DNA of 64,000 nucleotides from Octopus bimaculoides (taxonomy: Eukaryota): NCBI RefSeq assembly GCF_001194135.2, contig NC_069002.1, positions 36,782,057-36,846,056 of the forward strand. The letters are read 5' to 3'. Positions within the stretch are counted from its first letter, which is position 1, and each line of letters starts with the position of its first letter. The notes under the pieces were generated by a model. The model saw only the letters and a list, made by a program, of their open reading frames with translations. It did not search any database and had not been told where the DNA came from. Shown here in pieces: positions 53,681 to 64,000 of the stretch. A program made the position numbers and the translations under genes.

Positions 53681-53858
53681 TAAATGTTTAAAAGTTAGCT
53701 AAAGCTGAAACTTCACTAGCACCACCAGGCATCTCACTTGTGCTTCTATGTATTGATGTACTGTGAACATATTTAGCAAAGTTTGATAAGTGAGTTCATA
53801 GGAAACTCTTTCTTGGCCTAATGTAGTTGCTCAGCTTTAACTATATATATATATATAT

Positions 53859-54139
53859 AATTGCAGCATGGAAGGTGTTTATAAGCCATTTAAGAAACAC
53901 ACAAAAACCGTTAGATTCACTTCAACATTTAAATTTAATTTGTCAAAATATTTTCGTCGCTTTGAGACCGCGACCTGTTCACTGACAAAATTCTGTGCAG
54001 CACAGAATTTTGTAAGTGAACAGGTCGCGGTCTCAAAGCAACATAAATATTTTGGCAAATTAAATTTATATGTTGAAGTGAATCTAACGGTTTTTGTGTG
54101 TTTCTTAAATGGCTTATAAACACCTTCCATGCTGCAATT
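53859..54139. repeat. 281-bp near-perfect palindrome (140-bp arms, 1-nt loop at 53999, 6 mismatches), probable MITE/foldback element
   Basis: Arms compared base by base. The ORF track shows nearly identical peptides on both strands (53868..54119 + and 53879..54157 -). Abuts (TA)n. Confidence 0.9.
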
Positions 54140-55959
54140 GTTTTCGTTCCAGCACACGATCTCAGATTAGGTCACTTGCTATGCAAATACATCTCTGTAA
54201 TATATATATTCATTCATTTATTAGAAGCCAAGCTTCTAAGATAGGAAAACGTCTCCATCATCATGTTCCTCAATGCAAACATGATGATATTTGGAACAGT
54301 GGCAAGCAAACCTCAGCATCAAAAAAATTAATAATCTTTTAGGTTGTGGATACCTTTTCTTTCTCTTCTTTGTACTCATATACACACACTTAGTAGTACA
54401 CTTAACTCATGGCACTTACAAATATATTTATGGGAGTTAAACAAACACTGATGAGAACTAACCAACATCCAAAACTGTAGTAAGTCTGGTAGCTGCTTCA
54501 TGCTGCCAACAGCATATTAACTGGAATTCATTTTGTAGCAAGATAACCTATGCTCCTTTGTATCATTGTAACATATTTTTTATGCTGTGTTGGTGCATCC
54601 ATAAATTCTAAGCAGTTATCAAACTGACACCATTTTTGTGCAAATGGTATATTTTTTCAACAAAACTTGGTGCTACAATGGCAGTTTGAGTAGTCACCGA
54701 AATTCTGACAAGAAATATTATAATTTTTGTACTATTTAAAAAAAAAAATTTTAATAGCACTTTCATGGAAGTTTGTTTGAGCATTTATATATCCTTTTAT
54801 ATATGAATGTATCCTAGTTACATATTGGCTATGTGACAGTATGGTATGGTTTGATGACCTGCTTATCTGTGTGTGCATGTATACACAGTATTTATATTGA
54901 TATCAGGGTGTATTTATACAGAAATACATATTTGTGTTTATATCTGTGTATACATATTTATGTGCATATACACACATGTATGAGCTCGTATATCCAATGC
55001 ACATGGATTCGTGTATATATATCTATGTGTATGTGCACACACACACATACATAAAACCAGCACATGTATGAAATAAAATTGATAACAGTAATAAACATAA
55101 TGTTTAATAAAAACATTTAGCCTCAGTGTGAAAAAGAGACTTTATGGTTATACAATAGGTCTTTCATCCACCTGTGAAAAAGGTCAAGGCAAAAGAATCA
55201 ATTAATTTTACCTTTCATTATTAGAGTTATCATCTGTATTCAGTTATTTCCTTCTGTTTACTGAGAAGACTTAGTTAAAGACTGATACATCTAATCTTAA
55301 CAAAGCTAGGTCTGACTTTATCTCTACAGCAATTGCAGAGTTAGCTGTGCATATTAAGGGGAGCATTGACACTGAACATACGAGATCAAAACTGTAAAAA
55401 AAGGTGATCATGTTTCATAAGCATATTTCTAGCACCACTAGGAATACAGAACCCCTGCGGTTAAACAATAGCCTTCGCATATTTGCTGTTGGTGCTGTAG
55501 TAGAACACAGCCAACTTTTCACTGTTACTATGGCCCTTGGATGTTTATTAGAACCGTCCAATGTATTCTAAGCCTTTGCACCAGTTCTCCAGTCTGAGGA
55601 TGACTTCTCACAAGTTACACAGCCCCCCACCCTCAAAGTGTCATACGTAGGAGCTCCACTTCTGACTACAGACATGAAAAAGTGACGCAAGTGTCTGGTC
55701 GAAGCTGATAATACATTTATCGTAAAGTCGACGTTAACCTCATCACATGTGATATAGTGCTTGCTATACCTCAATTGAAATTGGCTTCAATGGAAGCTGA
55801 AACTCATCCAGTGACTCAACTATTTCTCTCTGGCTGCTGAAAAACCTGTTTGACTGCAGTTTCTATTTTCACAATATGACTAAATATGTTTGCAAAGTTT
55901 GCAAAACATAATAATCTATATATATATATATATACACATATATATATATACACATATAA

Positions 55960-56093
55960 TATTAATATTTAATGGAAGCAACAGAGTAACTCAAGGTCTG
56001 AGAGTTTCGTATGCCGGTACTTATTTTGATAAGTGCCAATGCACAAAACTCTCAAAGCTTGAATCGGTCTGTTGCTCCCACTGAATATCAATA
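55960..56093. repeat. Older 134-bp hairpin element (65-bp arms, ~74% identity, TTTG loop)
   Basis: 17 of 65 positions differ, many compatible with G-U pairing. Near-mirror ORFs appear in the track. Abuts (TA)n. Confidence 0.75.
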
Positions 56094-57459
56094 AAAATAA
56101 ACATGTCCTTTTACTTGTTTCAGTTATTTGACTGCGGCCATGCTGGAGCACTGCCTTTAGTCGAGCAAATCTACCCAGGACTTATTCTTTGTAAGCCTAG
56201 TACTTATTCTATCGGTTTCTTTTGGCGAGCCGCTAGGTTATGGGCACGTAAACATACCAGCATTGGTTGTCAAGCAATGGTGGGGGGACAAACACAGACA
56301 CAAATGCACGCACACATGTGTATATATATGACAAGCTTCTTTCAGTTTCCATCTACCAAATGCACTCACAAGGCTTTGGTCGGCCCGAGGCTATAATAGA
56401 AGACACTCACCTAAGGTGCCACACAGTAGGACTGAACCTGGAACCATGTAGTTGGGAAGCAAGCTACTTACCACACAGCCACCCCTGCGCCTATTGTTCA
56501 TATTTTGAGTTCTGTTTTTCCTGCTTGCATCACTGCAGGTGCGGCTGTCTGGTAAGAAGCTTGCTTCCCAACCACCTGGTTCTGGGTTCAGCCCCACCGT
56601 GTGGCACCTTGGGCAAGTGTCTTCCTTCATAGCCTCAGGCCAACCAAAGCCTTGTAGGTGGTTTTGGTAGACAGCCCTTTGAGGCAGTACTCCAGCATGG
56701 CCACAGTCAAATGACTGAAATAAGTTAAAGAATAATAAATATATATATATATATGGGAGAGAGATCTGTTCTTCAACAGTGAGTATACCATTAGCATGTG
56801 CACTCCTAACATAATCTTCAGGCATAACCAGTATGATGCAGGGTTGATGCATGCAATTTGAGTTACAGGTACAGTCCTGATGGGATTCCACACACTTTCT
56901 GTTGACCCAGTTTCACTCATGAGGCTTGGGTCAACCCAAGGTTATGATAAAAGACACCCTAGATGCCATCCTCTAGAATCGAGTCCAATGCATCATTATT
57001 ATTATTATTGTGAAGCAAATTTCTTAATCATTTGGTTAGGGTTGTGTGTGTGTGTGTATAAACCTGGAACTTGATTCTGAGGTTTGCAGATTAACTTATA
57101 ACTTATTTTGAATTGTCATTTACCTTCTACAGCTTATTGAAAGTTTTACAAATATTATACTAATGGTTGATCTAAATTACCTCTCTGTCACTTGTGGTTA
57201 TAATCACTACATATCTTTGTAATTTCTCTTTTTAATGTTATGCATCAACCTTTGGCTCTCCTTGGTGGTATAATGCTACCTTTTAACCAATATTGATGAT
57301 ATCACAGGAACATAAAGCTGAAAGAATTTAGTCTCTGCATCTCCCCTCGTACTTCCTTGTTGAGCACTTGTTTCACTTTTATATAAGGATGGTTGATTGC
57401 CAATATGTTCTTATCTTTGTTGCCTGAGATATTGTTAAAAATTTTTGTATTTTGTACAG

Positions 57460-57490
57460 TTCTACGACGGACAGATCTCTTATTTAAAAA
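57460..57490 (+). CDS. Candidate 31-nt alternative microexon of the CK1 tail (I-LRRTDLLFK-)
   Basis: Acceptor TTTTTGTATTTTGTACAG and donor AA|GTATGT. Open in the phase-1 frame left by exon 7. Retains CpGs in a CpG-depleted neighbourhood. No transcript evidence. Confidence 0.5.
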
Positions 57491-58298
57491 GTATGTATTG
57501 TATATTCCTTTAAGGGCTGTAATACCATCTCACTTTAAACACTTTGTTATTTATATGTTATGTAATGAAGAAGACAGTTATCAATTAAATTACAAATTGG
57601 CTCTTTAGTCTGCTATGTAAACTCAAATAGTCAGAACTAGAACTAGTTCTAAGAAGGTTGAAAATGAAAGAAAATGTTTAGTTATATCACATTTATGAAT
57701 AAATGAGATTTCGCTATGGAATCTGTAAATTAGAGAATGGTTCCTATTGAGAATAACAATCAATCATGTTAAGAAACCCACAATAAATATTGTACATTAA
57801 TATAATTGCATTGTAAGTTGCTGAGCTGGTAGAATCGTTAGCACACTCGGTGAAATGCTTAGTAGCATTTCATATGTCTTTACGTTTCTGAGTTCAAATT
57901 CCGCTGGGGTCAAATTTGTCTTTCATCCTTTCAGGGTCAATAGAAATAAGTACCAGCTAAGCACTGAGGAGTATTGTCTGCATATAAGATAAACAGCCAA
58001 GCAGCTACAATTTCTTTTACTTCATTAGGACTGACTTGTGGACCGATCCTCAACTACTAATGTAAATAATTGTGCTTAATATTTAATTAGAACTTCTACA
58101 ATACTAAACACTAAACAATACCAAGTCATGACATAGTCAACTGCAGACTAGGAGAATGTGTTGACTATTGTTTATTATAATTACATTCAGTGTCAGTCAA
58201 TCTGATAATAATCCTCATATTTAAGTAACCAATTAGAATAGAATATTTACCTGCCTTTTCTTTTTTTTCTTCCTTCTTCTTTTTACATTTGTTACCAG

Positions 58299-58303
58299 TT
58301 TAG
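58299..58303 (+). CDS. Candidate 5-nt microexon TTTAG (or a recursive splice site at 58303/58304)
   Basis: A ~45-nt polypyrimidine tract plus GTTACCAG, then TTTAG, then donor GTAAGA. 31+5 = 36 nt restores phase 1. Confidence 0.4.
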
Positions 58304-60082
58304 GTAAGATTTTGTTGCTTTTTTTTTAAACCTCAATCTGAGAAATTAAAAAAAGAAAGGAATTAGCAGTATTTCCACTCATCTTTGCTTTTACCCTTTA
58401 AACATATATAAAATATGTACCAGTAAGGTACTAGGGTTGATCTGAACAACTGTACCCTTAAAGGCAGTGCTCCAGTATGGCCAAACTCCAAGGCTGAAAC
58501 GAATAGAAGAATTTAAAAAAAAAGAACTTTTTTTTTGCGCTTTGTTTTCAGTTTCAATTTTTTGCTTTTTTAATTAATTTTAGTATTGAAATTGTTGTTC
58601 TCCTCTGCTTCCTCATAAATCTTTATATTTTTGGCAATATGCTTCTTTTGTCTTTTTTATCATTTACATTGATTGGGTTTTTTTTTTGTTTTTTATTAGA
58701 GACAAACATGTTGGTACTTTAGGGTTGTTCGTTTTGAAATATATATATAATCAGTGTAATTGGAAATGAAAGTATGATCCATTTTGTTGTCATAGCAGTG
58801 TGCTTGTGTTTGTGTAGATTTATGTTGTGTGGTACAAAATAATTGGATTTCAGGGGAATTTAATGCTATTTACATTGAATTTTTAATCTTTAATATATAA
58901 ATTCTGTATATCTGCAAAAGAGGTTTCTCTGCAAATTTCTATTCAGTCAACTAATTTGGTTACCAAAAAACAAGAACCAACATTAACTTCTTTGAAAATA
59001 TGGAGGTAATCTTGTATCACAAATAATGACTGAATTGATAAAGCTGATAAAATAGCTGTGTTGTAAAGTACAATTTAGAGAATTGAATTTCAGAAAAGAT
59101 CTGTTTTTGTTGGATGTCTTAAGAGTATGCAAACCAAGTGCCATGAATTCCAAACCAGTTTTCTGGATCCCCCCATTGATTTTATACTCTAGGTTTCTTT
59201 AATAATTTGAAACATTGAAGTGGTAAATGCTTTTAGTATTGAAATCTTTCTGGAGAAATTTTTGTGTCTCCAATCTAACGACAACACTTTCGGTATTTAT
59301 TCACTTCATCCCCTTATCATATTAATGAGGGTGAGAGTTTGCATGTGTGAGGAACATCACTTTCTTGATTAGTATGGAAGGGTTTACATTTGAAGAACAG
59401 ACCATCACGTCTTGTTACATAATATATACATACGTGTGTGTATGTATTAATGTATATATGTGTGTGTGTGTAAATATGCCAGTGATGTGTAAAAGACACC
59501 CAGTACACTATGTAGAGTGATTGGTGTTGGGAAGGACATCCAGTTGAGGAAACCAAACCAAACCAAAACAGACTGGAGCCTGGTGTAGCTCTCTGGCTTA
59601 TCAGCCCCAGTCAAACCATCTTACCTATGCCACCATAGAAAACAGACTCTACATCATGATGATGTATGTGTGTGTATGTATGTATACACACACAAATACT
59701 CCCTTTATATACACTCATTTTATCATTTGCAATCAAAGTACCAAAAGAGAAGGCAAGTTTTAACGACTATAATCAAGTTGAAATTTCAAATGAAGTAAAG
59801 TCTCACATAATTTATAGGGTAGAGTTGTAAACATTCAGAAATATTGAGATAATTTGTACATTTTTAATTGAAAATTTTTATTCACTTTAATTTGTAAACA
59901 TTTTCTTCTGTTGCTTTATTTATTCTAAATCAATCTCATTATAAAGCCAATAAAAATTGTTTTTTTTTTTCTTTTTAATTTTTACTTTTTTCTATTTGTA
60001 CCTTCTGTGACGATTCTCTCTCTTCCTTCTTTTGTTTCTCTTCTCTCTTTTTTTCTCTCTCTCTCTTTCTTGGGATGTTAAG

Positions 60083-60105
60083 GTTTGACATGTCTTGTTA
60101 TTTAG
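60083..60105 (+). CDS. Candidate terminal exon A: (G/S)LTCLVI-stop
   Basis: First AG (60081-60082) after a 134-nt AG-free, pyrimidine-rich zone. The phase-1 frame gives TTG ACA TGT CTT GTT ATT TAG. AATAAA at 60438. Confidence 0.3.
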
Positions 60106-61080
60106 TGCCAATGAGTAAATTAATTTGTTGCTAGCATGGTGCTTGGCATTTTAAGCTTCTAGGAACATTGCTTAGACTCTTTGTTTTCAGGGAAATGGTA
60201 GAGGAGACACTCTATACATTTAAACCTTTTGCATGCTGCAATTAATTTCAGCAACAGCATGACTATGGTTTTAAAATCTTGCTTCTATTAATTCAATCTA
60301 TCTTCCATTGCATTAGTGTCACTAGGCATGAGACTCCTCCTACCAAAATAGCATTCTATTAGTAATCATTATTTAAAATGATCTACATTAGACTTAATAC
60401 GGAACAAATAAGATAGCAAGTTTGTTTTTCTTTTACAAATAAAATAAAAATTTAGTTTTCCAAATCAATTATTATTATCATTATTATTATTATTAAATTC
60501 ACAGTTTATAAGTAGTTATTAGTTAATCTCTTATCAGTTGTTGGAATTGTTTGCCTTGTTATTAATAGCTAGAACTGAAGATAATTTGACAGCCATTACA
60601 AAACTAACCGGCTTATCTGGGAATATTGGCAGATAAGCAAATGTGGGGCAGTTTCCAGAGGTTGTGATTCTAGGTTCTAAGCTTCTTGTTATTTGCATGA
60701 TAAATAAGAGCAGCACTTCATCTACTTGAGGTTGGTCACCGTTCCTTGCTGTTTGGCAACATGTTGTTATGAAAGTCGGGCTACAAGTAGTAAGAACTAA
60801 AGCAATCTTGGAGAACAGAATTCAAGTTAACTCAAGATCATTTACATCACTCTTTTTCATACTTTTCTTTTTCTTTTGTATCATTCTATCATCATTCATC
60901 TTTTACCACCATGCTAGCAACATGACTTACATTTCATAAGAAATAATGGTTAATTAGGAGATTGTATTTATAAATTTATTTTTTTTAAATGTTTCTATGT
61001 AAAAAAAAAAAAATTTCCTTTCTTTCTCCTCTCTATTTCTTCAACTCTTCAATGTACATCTATTTTACATCCTTGTACAG

Positions 61081-61115
61081 TCAGGAGTGGGGACAGATAT
61101 AATCTGGTTGTCTGA
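61081..61115 (+). CDS. Candidate terminal exon B: (V/I)RSGDRYNLVV-stop
   Basis: A ~60-nt polypyrimidine tract ends CCTTGTACAG at 61080. The phase-1 frame is open to TGA at 61113-61115. AATAAA at 61219 and 61223. Confidence 0.35.
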
Positions 61116-63930
61116 CCTAATAATGTAATGCGAACATGGAACCAGTCAATGTTAAAATGATAAGGATTTTGGCTGTTCTTTTACCCTGCATTTCAAAATG
61201 AAACAGAATGAATTTAAAAATAAATAAATATGAATTTATATGAGAACATTCACGTACAATATCTTGGGTATTTCTTCCAGCCATGGCCACCCCACTTTCT
61301 TTTTCTAGCATGTTATACCCTCAGCTACATTATCTAGTTTGTTCTTTTTGAAAGATACTAAGATGTGATTTGGCTGTTATTTTTAACAGATTGAACAACC
61401 AATTGCAACTTCCTTCTTGTCTTGATACCAAAATTTCAAATATGTGTGACAACAGTCGTATCAAAACGGTCAGTGGAAAACGGTCGGCAATGCTGGGTAA
61501 GAGACTGACTATTGGTCTCCTGCTTCAGAGTTTCATTAGCACTCATTTGGTATCAGACCAGTGAGGAAGCTGACTATTGGTTGCCTTAGTATCTTTACAA
61601 AAGAACACTGTGGATACATGATGCTCGGAAAACGATAGGGTGGCCATGACTGGAATGCTTTTATTGAAGGGTTAGTTGTTCAGGGTTAATCTGAGATTAC
61701 ATATTTGGTATCAAGCTTAATGCATACACCCAAATCACCACTGATTGACTACCAGGACTCTTACTCACAAACTTCCTACCCAACTAATCTTCTAAATAGA
61801 TCAGATTATAATGAAGGAGCCTTTATATGATTGCTTTACTTACTAGAAATAGCAACCAAATCTGTCAAACCATTTTTCTCATTTTCAGCAGGGGAAAGGC
61901 CATTGGTTAATGTAATCTAGATTCCTGGAAAGAAAATTGGGAGGGTGGTGAATATAGCCATAGCTGGAACATTTCTGAAGTTTTCTGGATCAGACTAAAC
62001 CTAAAACTAAACAATATTTGGGAGTGTTTTTAAATGGGTTCTAAAATCTAAATGAAAATCAAGCTTTTTTTTAAAAAATGCCTGCAGTACTGAAAATTAT
62101 CTCCGAAGTATGTCACTGTAAAACAATCTTTTGAGGTGATGTGTGTGTATTTCAGTACAGTTTTTTTTTATACCACACTCATATTAGTTCAATTACCAGT
62201 GTTATATTAATTTGATTACGTGTGTGTGTGTGTGTGTGTGAAGGTGCATGGTTTAGTGGTTAAGGTGTTGAACTTGCGTTTGCGAGATTGTGGGTTCGAT
62301 TCCCAGACAGGGTGTTGCATTGTGTTCTTGAGCAAAACACTTCATTTCATGTTGCTCTGCAATCATTTCGACATCTGACACCCGTTGCACCTGTACAGGT
62401 AATGTCAATCTGGTGGAGGGAGTGAGCTTATGTCTACACAAACATTTGATCACTATAAACAAATCATCTGTGTGGTTGTTTGGTAAGAAATTGTCAAACC
62501 CTCATATGTCCATTATTATTATTATTATTATTATTATAATTATTATTATTATTATTATTATATAAATACATTGTGATATTTCAGTTTCTCTTGCTATTTC
62601 ATCAGGATAGGATGCCTTCTTTCTTAAGATCAATACGATATTCTTTCATATTTTCCTTGGACTACTGCTGACCTCATTAAACTTTTACTACTTCTACTGT
62701 ACTTCCACTATCTCTGGGAGGTATATAGGCACAGTGATTTCAATTTTAGTGTGTTGGGCTGCTGATCACAGGCCACAAGTTCAAAACTGACTAAAACCAC
62801 TTATTTGTACCTCTAGTTTGTCCACATAATTTCAGTATGTTGTTTACAACTTCCAATCATAGATTCTCAAACCTTTTAATTTTGTATTCCAGTCTTAGAT
62901 ATTTGATAGTTAAGCTAGTTTGCATTTCTTTATATTTTGGAGGAGTGCATTCTGTCTGAAATTTAGAAATGCAAACAAAAAGCTCATGATAAACTATTAG
63001 TTGATATAACTGATAGTCTAACAAATGAAATAATTGTAATAATCTTCCTAAAATATCATACAAAACCACTAGTTATGAGGTGTTTATATTTTAATTAAAA
63101 CCATCCATTATAATTTGAAGAACTTTTTATAAAGTTGTGTTCCATATACAAGCTTAATAATGGGACAGGTCAGCTGTTTGACTAAATCCTTAAAAATTCT
63201 TGATTTTTTTCAAAATTCATGGATGCACATTTTATTCTATTAGAAATCTAGTCATGAAAAGGTTAAAAATTATCATGGGCATTTTTTTTTCTTTTTCTTC
63301 TTTTGTATCTGATTTTCAGCGTTATTCAGTTTGCTAGACATATCAAGTTGGATGGGGTAAAATTATGATTAATATAACACAAAGGAGAAGTGGGTGAATT
63401 GAGATAATATTTATATAAGGCTTGGCTCAGTTGCAGGCTATCTTTCAGTCAACTAATGCTTTTAGTTCAAGTTTGAACAACATTTGCATATTGTTAGAAT
63501 TGTCTTCATAACAGGATGTCTTTTCATTGCTGGTCATTTAGCCATAAAACCCACGGTCAGACAAGTTATCTAATGATATTGAATTAGTTGGTCGAATCTA
63601 GCATCACATGATACCTTTTGCTTTAAAAGGGGAAAAACTTTATAATATGGGAAAACGATAGTCGATACACAGTAGGATGAAATGTCGGAGTCATAATCTG
63701 TGTGTAAAGATTGATTCTTCATTGATAGCCATTATGTAATGAAGAAAGAACAGTGGTTGAAGTTGTGAAGAAAATATTTATTTACTGTTACATTGAATAT
63801 ACCTTGCCTCGACGGGCAGGTGATAAAATCCTAGAGCGTGCGAAGTAAAAAAAAGTTAATTTTGGCCTGTGTGTTCATATTGTAGTAGTAAACCATAGAG
63901 AGAGATATGTACATATATATATATGTAGAA

Positions 63931-63973
<43 letters not shown>

Positions 63974-64000
63974 TATCTCTCTCTCTCTATCTCTCTATCT

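Noticed and set aside
54443-54490. CTGATGAG...CAAAAC-TGTA-GT-A, possibly a heavily decayed hammerhead
   Set aside because: It needs several restoring mutations, and helices I and II are poor. Not supportable without a family consensus.
58700-58713. Possible 14-nt exon AGACAAACATGTTG
   Set aside because: Weak donor (GTACTT), and it is not frame-compatible alone.
2450-63069. Numerous short ORFs rich in YI/HT/CV repeats or SINE-derived peptides (e.g. IVEDTCPRCH, FQFPSTKSTH)
   Set aside because: They are translations of microsatellites and recurrent SINE sequence, with no coding signal.
1-64000. CRISPR array, prokaryotic operon or horizontally acquired gene cluster
   Set aside because: There are no regularly spaced direct repeats with unique spacers and no long intronless ORFs. 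The repeats are dispersed eukaryotic transposons and microsatellites.

Overview
AT-rich, microsatellite-dense eukaryotic genomic DNA with four assembly gaps (N at 8531-8673, 20270-20999, 21777-21786, 43221-43230). The repeat families and (TA)n/(CA)n density suggest an octopod cephalopod; this is inferred, not database-checked. The window holds one protein-coding gene on the + strand, a casein kinase 1 delta/epsilon (doubletime-like) gene. Seven coding exons reconstruct by hand with canonical splice sites: 10608-10683, 35066-35176, 43255-43403, 47154-47382, 48992-49162, 51335-51483 and 52028-52169, giving 342 codons plus 1 nt. A CpG-rich promoter/5'UTR lies near 9.0-9.3 kb. The 3' end of the gene is unresolved. 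Candidates are a frame-preserving 31-nt + 5-nt microexon pair and several possible terminal exons, one ending in a CaaX-like CLVI-stop. The rest is tRNA-derived SINEs, RTE-type LINE 3' fragments, TTAA-type MITEs, a non-autonomous mariner and several foldback elements. Three observations are not explained by routine annotation. (1) Penelope-type minimal hammerhead ribozyme motifs sit inside inverted-repeat units; one has an intact catalytic core (2794-2897, minus strand). (2) The kinase C-terminal tail appears to be built modularly by splicing, next to a cluster of dsRNA-forming hairpins. (3) Three non-conservative substitutions occur at normally conserved CK1 residues. No prokaryotic-type system, CRISPR array, rRNA or intact tRNA gene is supported.
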